The notes under the pieces were generated by a model. That model saw nothing but the letters and a program-made list of their open reading frames with translations. It made no database searches and was not told the DNA's origin. The position numbers were made by a program, and so were the translations under genes. A DNA stretch of 64,000 nucleotides from Vicugna vicugna (Eukaryota): NCBI GenBank assembly GCA_013265495.1, contig MU057416.1, forward strand, positions 304,545-368,544, written 5' to 3'. Shown piece by piece: positions 63,273 to 64,000 of this stretch (position 1 is the stretch's first letter; each line of letters starts with the position of its first letter).

Positions 63273-63738
63273 CCCAGAAAATCTCTGGTCATCAAAATGT
63301 TTCTTTACTAATTAAATTGCAAGCAAGAGTCTCGGAGTATGTAGGTAAAAGAAATTTTCACTTCTTTTTAATTTCAACATATCTGCTCTAAAAGTGTTTT
63401 GTTACTTTTCCAAACTCACTAGCAGTGAGAATCTCTCATATCCCCTTCCCCCTCGCACGCATATTATTTATTACCAGCGACAAGTCTTCACCATCATTAA
63501 AAGATGCATGTGCAGAAACAGAGCCTTGTCACTCTGGGCTGCGAGGCCCGTTTTTTGTGTCCTGCAGAAACACCGGCCTCGCAGAGCTGTTCTTCACTGG
63601 GTACCTGCAAGTTCTCTGTGCAGAGTTTCTACTGAAGTTAGTGTGAAGAACCGGCATAACTCATGCCGCAGTGAGATGGGAGAGGAGGAACGCAGCATGT
63701 TCGGCCGCGCGCTGCGCCGCCAGGGGCAGGGCCTGAGG

Positions 63739-63752
63739 GCGCCACCTGGCGG
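63739..63752 (-). promoter_or_regulatory. Strong CTCF motif
   Basis: Minus strand TGCCCGCCAGGTGGCGCCC; the core CCGCCAGGTGGCGC fully matches CCRSYAGRKGGCRS and lies in a CpG-rich patch. Confidence 0.6.
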
Positions 63753-64000
63753 GCAGGGATGCTGTCTGCATCCGGCGGGTGAGGCCAAGGAGGCTGATGA
63801 AGACCTTACAGTGGGTAGGAAATCTCCACGCCCAAAATTACCTGGTCCCAAATATCAATGGAGCCTCTGTTGAGAAACCTTGGCTTAGAGAAAGATAAAG
63901 TCCTATTTAGTGAAATTGAAGTTGGTCATAGTTACTGTAATTTCCACGTCATCCATTTGGGAAACCAAAGCTTCCATCACAGTTGTGTAACCCTGGGACA

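Larger units (their letters stand above)
1..64000 (-). ncRNA. MIR181A1HG: Portion (mostly intronic) of the miR-181a-1/b-1 host lncRNA / pri-miRNA; exons and ends not resolved
   Basis: Inferred from the minus-strand miRNA cluster and the known long host transcript in other mammals. No exon can be fixed from sequence alone, so the span is nominal. Confidence 0.55.

Noticed and set aside
1..64000. Enrichment of TCF/LEF (CTTTGAT), RBPJ (GTGGGAA) and RUNX motifs
   Set aside because: They are scattered at roughly chance frequency for 7-mers, with no tight clustering.

Overview
Mammalian non-coding DNA with no recognisable protein-coding exon. The anchor feature is the miR-181a-1/miR-181b-1 microRNA cluster on the minus strand (about 35.77-36.05 kb), whose four mature arms match the known sequences exactly. 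The window therefore most likely lies inside the minus-strand host transcription unit MIR181A1HG, which in human sits just beyond the 3' end of PTPRC; PTPRC itself is not in this window. The rest is interspersed repeats (L1, L2, MIR, MaLR LTRs, MER DNA transposons), a few recent tandem duplications, scattered CpG-rich patches (one containing a 113-N assembly gap) and candidate regulatory motifs. Artiodactyl-type L1 3' ends, with no cetacean, ruminant or pig SINEs that I could recognise, suggest a camelid; this is inference. The listed ORFs are L1 ORF2 remnants or chance open frames. I found no clearly new biological system. The best leads are a strand-specific hairpin directly 3' of pre-miR-181b-1, a four-copy tandem amplification of a CTCF-like site, a locally templated L1 insertion, an L1 orientation asymmetry that switches at the miRNA hairpins, AT-to-GC biased miRNA flanks, and several immune-type motif clusters. 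Repeat family names come from memory of consensus sequences and their boundaries are approximate.
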